DNA of 64,000 nt from Zootoca vivipara. Its lineage: Eukaryota. Position numbers and translations under genes: made by a program. This document shows, piece after piece, positions 23,785-36,000 of the stretch. How positions within the stretch are numbered: the stretch's first letter is position 1; every line of letters starts with the position of its first letter. The notes below the pieces were generated by a model, which worked only from the letters and a program-made list of their open reading frames with translations, was not told the DNA's origin and ran no database searches. The stretch lies in the NCBI RefSeq assembly GCF_963506605.1, contig NC_083290.1, forward strand, positions 6,076,001 to 6,140,000, in the 5' to 3' direction.

Positions 23785-25679
23785 CCCTGCTCAGACACTG
23801 ACCAAAGCAAATCCAGTCTTGTACGTTTTCACCCAAACATCTTTAAATGTCCGCATAGAGTAGTCGCTGAGAGTTCAATCCTATGCATGTCTACTCCGAA
23901 GTTCAGTGGGATGCATTCCCCAAGGACATGTGTTTAGGACTGCAGCGTAAATCACTTTATAAGGGCCACGGGTAGCTGGCAGTTACAGAGATCTGATTTG
24001 TTTCAGCTCACCAAAGCGAGCCAGCTTCAGCACTGTATAGCACTGGACAGTTCTCAAGTACAAGGGAGAGGGAGATTTAATTCATCGGCTCTCCTATGGA
24101 CAATACTGTAGAATTGTGCTACCTACACCTTGGTAGCATTCATGAACAGGATCGTGTTGGGTAGAAATTATTTACTGTGAACTAACTTCAGAGTGAGTTA
24201 TTAGACAGAAGAATTTCGATTAGTGGTTTAAAAGGTTCACACCACCCTCCTTATGATTAGAATTAACAGCAACATTCCAAACTTCATGCAGTACAGAAAG
24301 TTTGGCAAGTGTAACAGGAGTCTGGGAAACACTAGTTTAATGTAATTATATATACATATATATATGGACTGATTAAAATCTTGTTGTTGATTGAAAAAAC
24401 ATATTAAGATAGGGTGAAAAATAAATGCTACATCAAATTGTATGTGATGCAAGGTGACTTTGGATAATGTGCTTTCTTATGGAACAATCTGGGGCAGCCT
24501 TTGGCAGCGTGGTAGCCTCCATATATTTTGGACTACAACTCCCATTGGCCTCAATCAGCATGGCTATACAGTGCGGGGCTGATGGAAGTTTTAAGTGCAG
24601 AACATCTGGAAGACACCAGGTTGGCAAAGGCTTCAGCATGAATAAAACTCAGCTGAGAAACCTCAACCAATATGTGTAGCAGAACTGGAAAATCTCATGC
24701 AGCAATTCATCTACTAAAAATCAGACCCCATTGGGTTCAATGGGATTTACTCAACAAGCAGAGCAGCCTTAGAAGGATTTTGTGTGTGTATAAAACCAAT
24801 GTAACATCAGAGCCAACTGGGAAGGCTTTGCAGTGTTTGCTTTGGCATGACATTAATAAAATGCAATCCTTCCTTTTAGTATCGTTAACCTTTCTCTGAG
24901 CAAAGCCAAGCTCACCACATTTAATTTAATTCACTGGTACATCAATGCACAGGAGATAGTGCTGTTTCACAATGTTTACAGAAGGCAAACATTAGCATTT
25001 TTATGTAGCTTAGCTCCATCATCTGGCCTCAAAGGCCTCAAAGAATACACACACATGCACACATATATCCTGGTTTTGAACACATTGGTCACCCAGTTAT
25101 TTTTCTGACTGCAACTTGTTTATTTCATAAAATTTACATCAGTTGATTGTGAGAAACTGAAAAGCAGTTTATAACAAAGAAAAACAACATCATTATCACT
25201 AAGAAAAATTAATAATAAATAAATTTAATTAATAAAATAAAATAAAGATAAATAAATAAAATAAATAAAATTAATTTTTTGAATAACAAGACTAAAACAG
25301 ATTAAGAAAAACAATAAAAAATATATCCTGCTTTCCTTTGTCATAAACTTATGCAGCTTATGTAAGACTACAAAATCATTAAAACATCAAAGATTCCAAA
25401 ATGCACAATCAGTTTACAGCTTATAATGATGATGTAATAGTAGCAGTAGCAATACTACTGAGTATTAATTATTTATTTACTTACTTTGTCCAGCCAAAAC
25501 CATTACAAAAGATAAAATATATAAAATAGAATAAAATACATAACAGTTAAACAAATGATTAAAACCAGACATTGTGTCGGATAAGAGTTTGCACACCTGA
25601 ATAATATAACAATATCGTCTGTAATTATACCCTGCTGTTACTCTAGGTTCATCTTGGTCCGGTCCAGTATTGTCTTCTC

Positions 25680-25815
25680 CAGGCATCCCCAAACTGCAGC
25701 CCTCCAGATGTTTTGGCCTACAACTCCCATGATCCCTAGCTAACAGGACCAGTGGTCAGGGAAGATGGGAATTGTAGTCCAAAACATCTGGAGTGCCAAA
25801 GTTTGGGGGTGCCTG
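25680..25815. mobile_element. 136-bp hAT-type MITE (third copy)
   Basis: Same family as 16336; TSD GTCTTCTC / GTCTACTC (7/8 match). Confidence 0.85.
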
Positions 25816-26055
25816 GTCTACTCCGACTGGCAGCAGCTCTCCCAAAGTTTCAGGGAGAAGCCTTTCCCCATCAACTACCTGCTCAATTGAATTAGAGAAG
25901 ATCTGTGCATGTTTGGCACCAGCTTGGCTGCAAGGAGTTGCCAGAAGCAGGCATCCACAGTGCCAGCCAATCTTCTTAGTGCCTCCATCCCAAAGGTGTG
26001 TAGGATTTACCCCTTTAGCCCTTTTCTTCTCTTGAAGAAATCCTGCAAAGCAGCG

Positions 26056-26351
26056 GAGGTACAGGACCAGCGTTTCTTCCCTTCCGCAAGATGGGCTACC
26101 TTTCTACTCTTGGTCTAGTGGTCCACTCAATCCGCCGGAGCCTGTCTTCGCGTGCAGGGGAAGAAGTTCCTAACTCCCCGAGGGTTTGAGACCCATCGGC
26201 TCCCCTCACCTGGTTTAGCCGGCCAGGGTGTGTCTGCTGTCACATGCCGACAGCTTCTAGGAGCCACACGTGAGAGCCAAGTACAGAGTGGGGACCAAAG
26301 ATGCACAGACGACCCCAGGAGGAGCACTGACGTGTCCCCCACCAGAGGTAC
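26056..26351 (-). mobile_element. RTE-clade LINE 5'-UTR-like segment
   Basis: Minus strand ctcacgtgtggctcctagaagctgtc...ggctaaaccaggtgagg...ctcaaaccctcgg...gaagacaggctccggcggattgag resembles vertebrate RTE 5' ends (from memory, not searched). Confidence 0.5.
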
Positions 26352-26393
26352 CACCTCTCCCCTAACACCCCATACACCCCAATACCGTTAGTC

Positions 26394-26693
26394 CTATTAT
26401 TATTACTGCTACTGCTACCATTACTAAGATTTACAGCAACCACCCCACTAATCTACAGCACACACACGCACGCACAGGATGGGGGTTACAAACTTAAAGG
26501 CAGCAAGAATCCCCAAAAGAACAGCTTATAAACAATGCAAGAGAGAGAGAAAATCAACAATGGTATATGATTATTACTTATTACTTCTACCACTACTACG
26601 ATTTACAGCAACCGTCGCACTAATCCACAGCACGCACACGCATCCCCAAAAGAACAGCTTAAAAACAATGCAATAGACACAGAGAGAAAATCA
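26394..26693. repeat. Degenerate tandem duplication upstream of ZNHIT3
   Basis: gatttacagcaacc...cactaat...cagcac...atccccaaaagaacagctt...aacaatgcaa...gagagaaaatca occurs twice (about 26394-26555 and 26568-26693). Confidence 0.75.
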
Positions 26694-26699
26694 TTCTCT

Positions 26700-27175
26700 C
26701 TCCCGCCTGCACTGGGGCTTAATCAGAGCGTGCAACACAGCAGTTCTCAGCCATTGCAATCGAGCGCGATCCTGTTTCGAATGGATGCAGGAGCAGGAGG
26801 CGCGGCCTATCGATGGGCTCGGGCGCTCTGCTGGCTCGGCCTAGCCCCAGATCCTCGCCGGCCAGGAAGGAGACGCACGTGGGAGATCGGGCAGCAGCGT
26901 CCGCCATGCAGAGGCCGGGCGGCTCCCGTGTGTGTGTTGTGTGCGGGGAAGGCGGGCGGGGCGGCGCCAAGTACCGCTGCCCGGGCTGCCGGGAGAGATA
27001 GTAAGTAGCGGGCCGGTGCAAGCAGCGCCCCCCGGGAACCCTTTGGTGGGCTCCGGTTTCGTAGGGACGGAAGGCACTCTGTGTGTGCTCAGAGGTGGTT
27101 CTGCGGGATCCTGTGTGTGCTCAGAGGCGCAGCACGAGGGCTGAGGGGGTGGGGAGCTCAATTTTTGTCGCGAAA
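26700..27175 (+). promoter_or_regulatory. CpG island / ZNHIT3 promoter and exon 1
   Basis: High GC and CpG density around the ATG at 26906. Confidence 0.8.
26906..27000 (+). CDS. ZNHIT3: ZNHIT3 coding exon 1
   Basis: gccATG; [31 protein letters not shown]; donor GTAAGT. Confidence 0.92.
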
Positions 27176-30100
27176 CTGTATGGGGTTACAGCCTCAAGGG
27201 TGAAAGAGATCCTGTGTTCGCTTCGGGGTGTGGGCAGTTACCGCCCCCAGTGGTGGTTTTAAAAAGTGTTGGACAAGGTCCTGGGAGCCGAGGGTTCAAA
27301 TCCCCACTTAGCAATGAAGCTCCCTTGGGATCACATCCACACCCAAGTATTTTGAAGCGCATGACTCCCCCATCCGTCTCGGAAGAATCATTAGCTCATT
27401 GTTGATTGAGCTCATGTGCGGTTCGTACTTAAAATCAGTCCCTAAGGCAAGTAAAAAGTAATTAAATAGCAAAGGTGAGTAATATAAGAAGTGGAATTCC
27501 GTGTACACTTCTGGCCCCATCACGTAGGGGAAAAAAAGTTGGGGAAAGTTCAAAAAAGGGCAACCAAAAGGGGGGGGGGAGACACTCCCCTAGGAGCAAA
27601 AGTCACAGTATTTGGGACCTTTTAGGCAAGTAAGAGGCGTCACAATAGTCATTTATAAAATTATGCATGGCATGGAGAAAGTGGCTGGAGAAATCCCCCC
27701 TCTCCTTTCATAACACTAGAGCTTGTGGATGGTCATGGTAGCTGAATGTTGGAAGAGGCAGGACAGATAAAAGATAGGACTTCTTTGCACAGCATGTAGA
27801 AGTCACTCCCTTGATGGCCACCAACTTGGATGGCTTTAAAAGAGGATTGAACAAATTCATGGAGGATGAGGCTATGCATGGCGATGCAGCGCTACTATAC
27901 AATTATACAGCTGAGAAGTGGCTTATATATAAAGGAGACCGTTTTTGTGGTCCTGCTCATTGCCCGTCATGCACTGACCTGCTGCTATACTATGAAGGAG
28001 TTACAAGTGTTTGGTTTTAACACACATAAAAAAATTCTTTCAGTAGCACCTTAAAGACCAACTAAGTTTTTATTTTGGTATGAGCTTTCGTGTGCATGCA
28101 CACTTCTTCAGATACACTTTCGTGTGCATGCACACGAAAGCTCATACCAAAATAAAAACTTAGTTGGTCTTTAAGGTGCTACTGAAAGAATTTTTTTCTT
28201 TTGCTTCGACTCAGAGCAACACGGCTACCTACCTGTAACTAGTTTTAACACACAGTTATCTTACTCTTGTTGATGTTGCAAAATTTTCAGGAGTAGCCAA
28301 CATGGTGCACTCCACATGTTGCAGACTTCAACTCCCATCATCCCTATTTTGCCATGGGAATCCAAAACATCCAGAAGGCACCGAGTTGGCCACTCCTGCA
28401 TCTTATTATTTTACGTAGTATAAACCATTTTTTGAGAAAGGGCAATTTGTATAAATAATGAGCCGTGTTTTGTGCAGCGGTAATATAAGGAGCCTTTGTG
28501 GTGTGATAATGGTGTCGAGCTTAAGACTTGGGAGACCTGGGTTCAAATTCCCCCCTCAGCCATGAATCTGACTGGGTGACTTTGGGCAGGTCACACTTTT
28601 TCCATCCTGATCTACCTCACAGGTTTGTTGTGAGGATAAAATGGTGGGAGGGAAGAGAAACACCATATAGTGTTTGAACTCCTTGGGAAAGAAGTAAATG
28701 TCTCCACTTAAAAAAGCTTCTCTTTGTTCTTGCAGTTGTTCAGTGTCCTGCTGCAGGAAACATAAAGGTAGGATTATATATTTTTAAATAATGACTAGGC
28801 TTCCTTGAGTAATTTGCGAGTGTGGGTATATAGTGTACTTTTGTGGTATACCATACTTCATGATGGATGGCTACTTTTTGGTCACAACAATGCCAATGTT
28901 CAGGCTGCGAGTGCTGTTGCATTTTTAGCCAAAATGGCCTCCTCCGTGCACAAAAGTGGTGTTGGTGGACTTAAAAGCCTGGGGTTTTCAGAAATAACAA
29001 TAATATCCCAAAACCTTAGTTTGGGTGGTGGTGATGAAATAGTTAGAGCCTGGGAGATTTGAAGGTGCTGCCAGAAGAGGTCCATATTGCCTCTAACCGC
29101 CGGCAAAGCTGGAATTATACTTGATAATCTGATGACATTTGTTATTTTAACTCATGTGCAACTGTACTCATTCTATTGTTTTCCATATTTTAATTTGCCG
29201 TCTGTTATAATTGTTCTGTTTTATATATATACCAGTATTATAAAATGTCGGGGGTGGAAAGAATATATGGCGGGGGCAATCTTAACCCAAAAGAATGGCC
29301 TCAACCACTCGCTTCCCTTGGCTTGGATGTAATGAGATGTGTTTGGTGTTTGAACAGAACAATGTGCACCCAAAGCAGAGCCGCGTCTGGAGCCTACAAG
29401 TCAAGAAACTTCCCAGAGGACGGCATCCATGAACAATGAAGGTATTTGCACCCTTTCCAGCTTGCTTGCAAAAACAAACAGGCTTTTTATTGGCATCGAT
29501 ACTTGGGGGTCATACTGAGGGAAGAGACACAGTTGAGTCAGAGCATCATAAGGACCCTTTTGGATCAGACTAAAGTTTCTTCTAGAACAGTATCCCGTCT
29601 TCCCATTGTGGCTGAGTGGCAGGTGACAAAGGCACCATAGACTGATTGGGTACCAGCCCTGGCACTTTTGCTGGCACTACTTTGTTCCTGCTTTTTTCTC
29701 AGGACATTCTTGGTCAGTGGATGACATTTTGACAGAAGAGGATGAAGGCGATAAGGTGCCCCTGCAGAAACTTCGGCTCTTGGGTAAGTTTTCCAGTGGA
29801 AAATATTATGAGTTTTCCCTGTAAAACAGGGATGGGGGAGCTTACTATTTTTGGACTACAACACCCATCATCCTAACCACCTGCTTGCTGTGGCTGATGG
29901 GAGCGGCAATCCCAGTAGCCATGTGGAGGGTGTCTGGTTGGTTATTCCTACTATAAAGAAATTCCTATGTGTGAATTGAAGCAGTTGGTTCATAGGTGAG
30001 CAGATGACCCTGAGATTGTTATTTTATGGGTAGGGGGGGGGCACCACTGCTTTAAGAATCCACTGTCTGATTTCATGCCCAAAGTTCCTGAATAGCAGGG

Positions 30101-31117
30101 ATGGGGAGCATGTGACCCTCCCAGATGTTGTCTTTCTGTCCCTGACTGGGTGCGTGGGACTGATCAGACTTGGGACCACAGCCCCCCCCCCCATAAGCCT
30201 TTGTCCAGTATTTTCTGCTAAAATAAAATAATAATACATTGAAAGTACAGATAAAAAACAATCAAAATTACAAGGCTCAGGAGCAGCACAAAAGGTGTAT
30301 TTTTTAAATAAACAGATGGCAGATAACGTAGAAAAATGAAAGCAACAAGGCACATCATGAAAACTAAATGATGCAGTTTGTTGGGGGAAGAGTTTGTATA
30401 CCTGAATTTGACATATTAGAAATGAAATCCCACCAAACAGCATAGAAATGTTCTGGATCTTACCCTTAGAAATATGTAATTTGCACATTGTTTCCTCTGC
30501 AATAACCAAATTCCACATATTTGGGAGGGCGGAGTGAGAGGTTTAAGTACTGTAGTGTCTTTGCTCTCTGGGCCAAATAAGACAATATTGTCTGCTCCCG
30601 ACAATTGCTCTTCAGGGTCTTGGGGCAGAAAGTGGTTTTCCCCATCATCTCTTACCTTAGGGATGGGGAACCTTTGGCCCTCCAGAAGTGGCTGACCATT
30701 GGCCCTTGCTGGCTGTGGCTGATGGGAGGCCCAAGAACAGCAGGATGGAGACATGTTCTCAGGCCCTGTGTTATTTCATCTGGAGATGCTGGGGATTGAA
30801 CTCTGGGCTTTCTGGATGCAAAGCCAGCACTCTACCCACTGAGCTCCAGTCCTTCTCGAAAGGATGAGCAACAGTCGCCAAAGATCTTCCCACGCTCCTT
30901 GGAGTCATCTCCCTCTTTTTCTGAAACAGGGGAATCTGAAGAACTCAAAGGCCTCCTCCTCAATCCCCACCTCGGCCAGCTGCTTCTCACTGTCGACCAG
31001 GCCAAAGACAAGAGTGCCGTCCTGAAGAAATACATGCAGGAGCCCCTCTTTGTGGAGTTTGCAGACTGTTGCCTGAGGGTTGTTGAGCCTCCCGAGGAGA
31101 ACGAATGCCCAGAGTGA
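26906..31117 (+). CDS. ZNHIT3: Zinc finger HIT domain-containing protein 3 (box C/D snoRNP assembly factor), 5 coding exons, 159 aa
   Basis: join(26906..27000,28736..28767,29358..29441,29703..29783,30930..31117) = 480 nt, all introns GT-AG, frame preserved. zf-[25 protein letters not shown]; C-terminal LLNPHL...[14 protein letters not shown]; adjacent to MYO19. Confidence 0.95.
28027..28241. mobile_element. Penelope-like element remnant (inverted pseudo-LTR pair)
   Basis: About 75-bp inverted arms (cagtagcaccttaaagaccaactaag... / ...cttagttggtctttaaggtgctactg); flanked by a 13-bp direct repeat GTTTTAACACACA (28014-28026 and 28242-28254). Confidence 0.8.
28078..28115 (-). ncRNA. Minimal type I hammerhead ribozyme motif (Penelope-associated)
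   Basis: GUAU-CUGAAGA-A-GUGUGCAUGCACAC-GAAA-GCUC^AUAC: stem I GUAU/AUAC, CUGAnGA and GAAA core boxes, hairpin stem II, palindromic AGCU in place of stem III. Confidence 0.7.
28490..28700 (+). mobile_element. tRNA-head SINE with L2/MIR-like body
   Basis: gggagacctgggttcaaattccc...ctgggtgactttgggcaggtcac...tacctcacagg...gttgtgaggataaaatgg; similar copy at about 61725-61890. Confidence 0.6.
28736..28767 (+). CDS. ZNHIT3: ZNHIT3 coding exon 2
   Basis: ttgcag| (Y)[10 protein letters not shown] |gtagga; 32 nt. Confidence 0.92.
29358..29441 (+). CDS. ZNHIT3: ZNHIT3 coding exon 3
   Basis: [28 protein letters not shown]; AG/GT boundaries, phase 1-1. Confidence 0.85.
29703..29783 (+). CDS. ZNHIT3: ZNHIT3 coding exon 4
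   Basis: [26 protein letters not shown]; donor GTAAGT. Confidence 0.9.
30930..31117 (+). CDS. ZNHIT3: ZNHIT3 coding exon 5
   Basis: [14 protein letters not shown]...[27 protein letters not shown]. Confidence 0.93.
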
Positions 31118-32923
31118 TTTTTGTGTGTGTGGAGCAGGTAAACGATGCCCCTCTCTGGATGGGGAAGCTTGTTATTTGCAAGGATGGAGGGAGGGCTTCT
31201 CTTGTGGCTAACCCCTGGAGCACCATAAGCTATAATTCCTAGCCCTATTTCCTAGGGAGGGCACACCATTCCCCTGGTGACCATGGGCCCCAGATTTGGG
31301 GGGAAATTAAGTGTTTACACACACTGCATTTTCTGTGTTCCAGAAGTATCCTCTCCACCACCTTTGATTATCTTCAGGCTGTAAAGAGAGTTCAGGTTTG
31401 GAACAGGAGGAAGAGCCAAGTTTCCCACTGCTCTTGTAAGAGCATCTTGATCTTACATTGGATGGGAATAAATGCAATTGCAGCTAAAGTTACTTTGCCC
31501 TATTGATTTCAGTGAGACTTCCTTGGGGTGAACCCCTGGTTTTGTTCCCATTAGTTCTGGAGCCATTGACAGAAGCAGGCTGGAGAAACAAACACAGTAA
31601 CTTATTTCATAATCATGGATGTTTTTATTGAGTCTTGATTTGTAGAAAATGGCCTATAAGTATGAAACTGATCCCTGTATCTAATCCTAAGGAGTGTACT
31701 TATAGACTGAATCTTATCTTCCTGTCTGAGCATTGTTTGGAATTCTGCTTACTGAAATTTTGAAATGACTGAGCCCATAAACTTTGTCTTACCCCAGAGT
31801 AGATTTGCCTGCCTGGTGTCCACCAGATGTTTTGGATTGCAGAATCCCATCTGCCCTAGCCAGCTTAGCTACATGCCAACTGGGGTGAATGGGAGCTGTG
31901 GTCCAATAGAGTTGGAGAGAACCCAGTTGGCATAGGGGGCAATTTTTTTTTAAAAAAAGTCCCAGAGCAACAGTGGGTTTGTTTCTCTCTCCCTGAGAGA
32001 ACAACCACCCTGTATTACAATAAAGTTTAAAAACGTTTAAAAGAGACCTTTTCACAATACTGTACTTTAAAAAAAAGTTACCTTTGGTTTATAACTCAAG
32101 ACAGTAGTTCACAATGTGATTTTCCTGAGGTATGGACTTGGAATATTAAAACCCCAGTTGGTTTAGAGATTTTGCTTCCAACTCCTGATTATATAAATTG
32201 GAGTAAGATAATTGATGTTTAAACCAATCTGGTGAATAAGTTGCTCACCTGCCATTTTAATTTTATTTTTACTGGACAGGAAGCTAGTAGCCTACACACC
32301 TGCAGAGGAAGAAATACTGACTAGTAAAAAATAAAAAAAATAAAGTTTTTGCTTAAGCAGGCTTGTGGTAGGATCAGGGAGGTGCAGTCCACCTCCACAA
32401 GTCTGCTGAGGAAACTGCTTCATTTCCTCTGTGGCTAGAACGGCACTGAGGGTTGACCTGCATGGAATTCCAGATCACCTATGGTGACCAGGCAAGTTGT
32501 TAAATGCAAGGCTGGGTGGAGTCTCTCTCTCTGGCAGGTGTTGGCGTAAGCTGCTCAGCTTTTGTAGATGGACACAAGGCCCCCTCGGTCCCCAGAGAAG
32601 TGTGTGTATGAGGTACAGCCTGTCCTTCTGTATTTTGAAAGGATGGATAGAATATGTATGTCACAGAGAAATTCTGTGATAGGATCTCCCAACATCATGT
32701 GCATATAGTGCTTGCAGTAATGGGGAGGTGTGCCTTCCCCAGAGAATTGCCCTGTGACCTTCCACCAAGAGATGCTACACACCACATGACAGTCTGAACC
32801 ATTTTTTGAGGAAACAGTATCCTAAATGCAGTGGGAGAGATGCAGCTTGATGAAGGTTCTTGGGTGAGAAAGCGAAAAAAAAAGTGCAGTAAATAGTACA
32901 TAAAAGCATGTAGAAGTCAGTTT

Positions 32924-33052
32924 TCAAGCTGAAAGGAGCTTGTAGTTGTCGATGAGAATCTGGTTGAAGCCGGTCATGGTGCAGTTGTGGGTGTGCGGCC
33001 TGGTGTTTGCGTAAAGCAGTGGAGATTTCCTGCAGTGGAACTTGATAGAGCC
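32924..33052 (-). CDS. MYO19: MYO19 coding exon 24 (last)
   Basis: [42 protein letters not shown]. Confidence 0.9.
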   Translation of the reverse strand, partial: GSIKFHCRKSPLLYANTRPHTHNCTMTGFNQILIDNYKLLSA

Positions 33053-36000
33053 CTAGGAGGAGAAATGGGTTGCCCTGGTGAGCCATGTCCAGGCAGCATG
33101 CACAACACTAAATGAGATGGACCAATGGTCTGACTCTGAAAAAGGCAGCTTTCTATGTGGTTGGACTCCCAACTTCCATCAGCCGTGGGCAGCATAGCCA
33201 GTGGTTAGAGATGATGTGATGTGTAGTCCAGTGACATATATTCATTGCAGGCGGTTAGACTAGATGATTCTCAGGGTCCCGCCCAACTCTAAAATTCTAT
33301 CGGGAGGGACACAGGTTCCCCATCCCTGCCGCCTTTATGGAAAAGGATGAGCCTTGGATGTTTCAGGGCAGAGTTTGGCATCAGGCTTTTTTATTTTTAC
33401 ATACGTTTTGGGGTTTTCTAACTGGCACTGACTCTGAAAGATTTCTGTCCACCTCCCTCCCACAACATGGGAGACAGTAACCAACCAGTTTTTGGGGGGG
33501 GGGGGGTTAGTCACATGGTCCTTACCTGTGGGAGGGCTCTGATGGAGGTGACACCTTTCGTGCGCTGCTTGGTCTCTGCCTTGTGATGGTTGTTCTGCTG
33601 TAGCACTTGGAGGCAGGCCAGGAGGGCGAGGTCTCTCTGAAAAGCACCCAGTGTCACTGGGCCGCTTGAAAGGACCAGCCCAAGAGGCCAGAACTGGATT
33701 GCTGCATTTAGGGGGCATAGTTTTTCCAACTTGCTATGTGTCTCACTCAATGAAGCTGTTGCCTTAAGGCTGGAGGAGAGGGGGCTTCCTTCTAAGTCAT
33801 CCAACTCCTCTGCGGCCAGGACATCCATCTTGGCCTACAGAAAGACAGAAAGTATTTAAAACTTATTGGGGGGGGGCAGAGATTCTCAGAAAGTAGAAAG
33901 TTGTGTTGGTGCTGTTTTTTCTGTTGTGTAACTGCAGCCTCGTTTCCAGCTTTCCAAAAAGCTGCTGGGAAGACTTTGATCTCTTACCTTCCATTTCTTC
34001 CAGGTCCGTTTTATAACCCTGACAGCTTTCCGTAGCCTCTGGAAATGTTTCCTGGCCAACCACGAGCGAACAGCTGAGAAAGAAAGACATTGCATTAAGG
34101 GAGTACAAGGAACAGAGGAAAGGACCTGATACCAGGTGTCCATGCAGCTTAGTATCGTCTGCTCTGACTGTCCGGGGTCTCAGGCAGAGAGAAGGCTCCA
34201 TCCCATCCCTTGCTATCTGATCCTTCCAAATGCAGAGTGAACCTGCCACCTTCTGCATGCAAAGCAAGTGCTCTCCCACTGAGCTAAGTCCCCTCTCTAA
34301 AATGTACACAGAAAGCCTTCTACCCAGTCAGACTGTTTGTCCACCTATCTAACCTAGGGGTGGACAACCGTAGGCCTGGGGTCTGAATACAGCCCTCCAG
34401 GTCTCATCTCTTCTCTCCTCAGGTCACACATTCTCTCTCTAGACCACATCCCTCACCAGGCTGCTTGCCTGGCTCCTCCTTGAGGCTTTCTGCCTGCCTG
34501 GGATGTGTCCTTGAAATCCGACCATACCGCTTTTGCTCGTCTGGCTGGAGGATAGAGAGAGGAGTGTGTGTTGGAAGTGTATGCATTCACAAAGCCCAGA
34601 ACAAGGTAGGTTCAGGGCACCTTAGAGACCTCCTGAACCTTTCTATCCCAGCTCGATCATTGAGATAATCTATAGGAGCCTAGTTGGACATTTCCCTCAT
34701 TTGACAACATCAAGAAACCTGTCACAGGCCCAGCCCTGTGGAACACATGGCCAACAGAGATTCAGCAAGCACCTTCTGTACCAGCTTTTAAATGCATGCT
34801 GAAAACTTTTGTTTCACTGGGCTTATGCAGGCAATTAAGAAGACATTTGTACAATGGTTAGCTGATCTTTGATTTTATGTATAATTGTTGTAAACCATTC
34901 TCTTGTGCTTTTTATGAACATCTGTATATGAATATTTTTTAAAAATATATGAAATAGCACAATGCCACGGTAAAATCTGTCTTTATTGCTGCGGGCATGT
35001 GACCCTCAGAAGGGAACGTAACCCCTTGGCCTGAAAAGGGTTCCCTGCCCCCGACCTAACCCAGGTAAACCCACCTGCTCCTACTTTCCCCTCACCTGAC
35101 TGGATGACTGTGGCCGACGCTCTCTCTTGAGCCAGCTTCCTCCTCTTAAACCTTCGCCAGCAGCACTGGATGCAGAAAGCTTTGTCAGCTAAGACTCTGG
35201 CTCGCCCAACTTCAAGGAGTTCCAGCTACAGCAGAGAAAAATAATAAGTCTGTTAGTTGGAGCCACATGCACTCAGGCTTCAGGCATATCTGGCCTTTGG
35301 ACTGCCCCCAAAGGATTTTATTTTATTTTTAAGGAGACCGATTTAACCTGGTGAGAAGAGTTTCAGAGTCCCTGTTTTAAGTACAAGTAAGCAAACCTAC
35401 CTGATTGGAGATGTAGTGTGGGTAATGGTTAGAGCAGAGTCCGCTAGCCTTTTCCAGGCAGACCTTTTGGAGGTAGGCATGATAAGAACTGCAGTTCTCA
35501 ATGCTAACTTCCAAAACACTTTCTTACCAGCTATTCCTACACTATTTAAAATAATTTACATATATTACTGAACAACATTTTGGCATCATAACAGCGGACA
35601 TATTGGAGGAGTCACTGAATTAAAAAAAACCCAACAGTTTAAAAACACATTTTGAGGATGGCTTGGTGTGAGGTGAGTGAACCTTGGTTGAAAGTGTTGG
35701 ATTAGGATTTATTTCATTTTTAAAAAATGTATTTGGTACATTCCTATCCAACCTCATTGGGCAAACGTAAGAAAAACAAACCAAACATTGGCTCATTCCT
35801 GTTTTTAAAATGAAAACCAAGGCTACATTCACACAATACATTTAACATGACACAGCCATGGCTCCCTCAAGGAATTCTGGGAGCGGTGGTTTCTTAAAGG
35901 TGGTTTACGAGACCCCATTCCCCTCCCATGGCTACAGTCTCCAGCGTTCCCCGAGAAGAGGGATTAATTGTTAAACCACTCTGGCACTGAAGCTCTGTGA

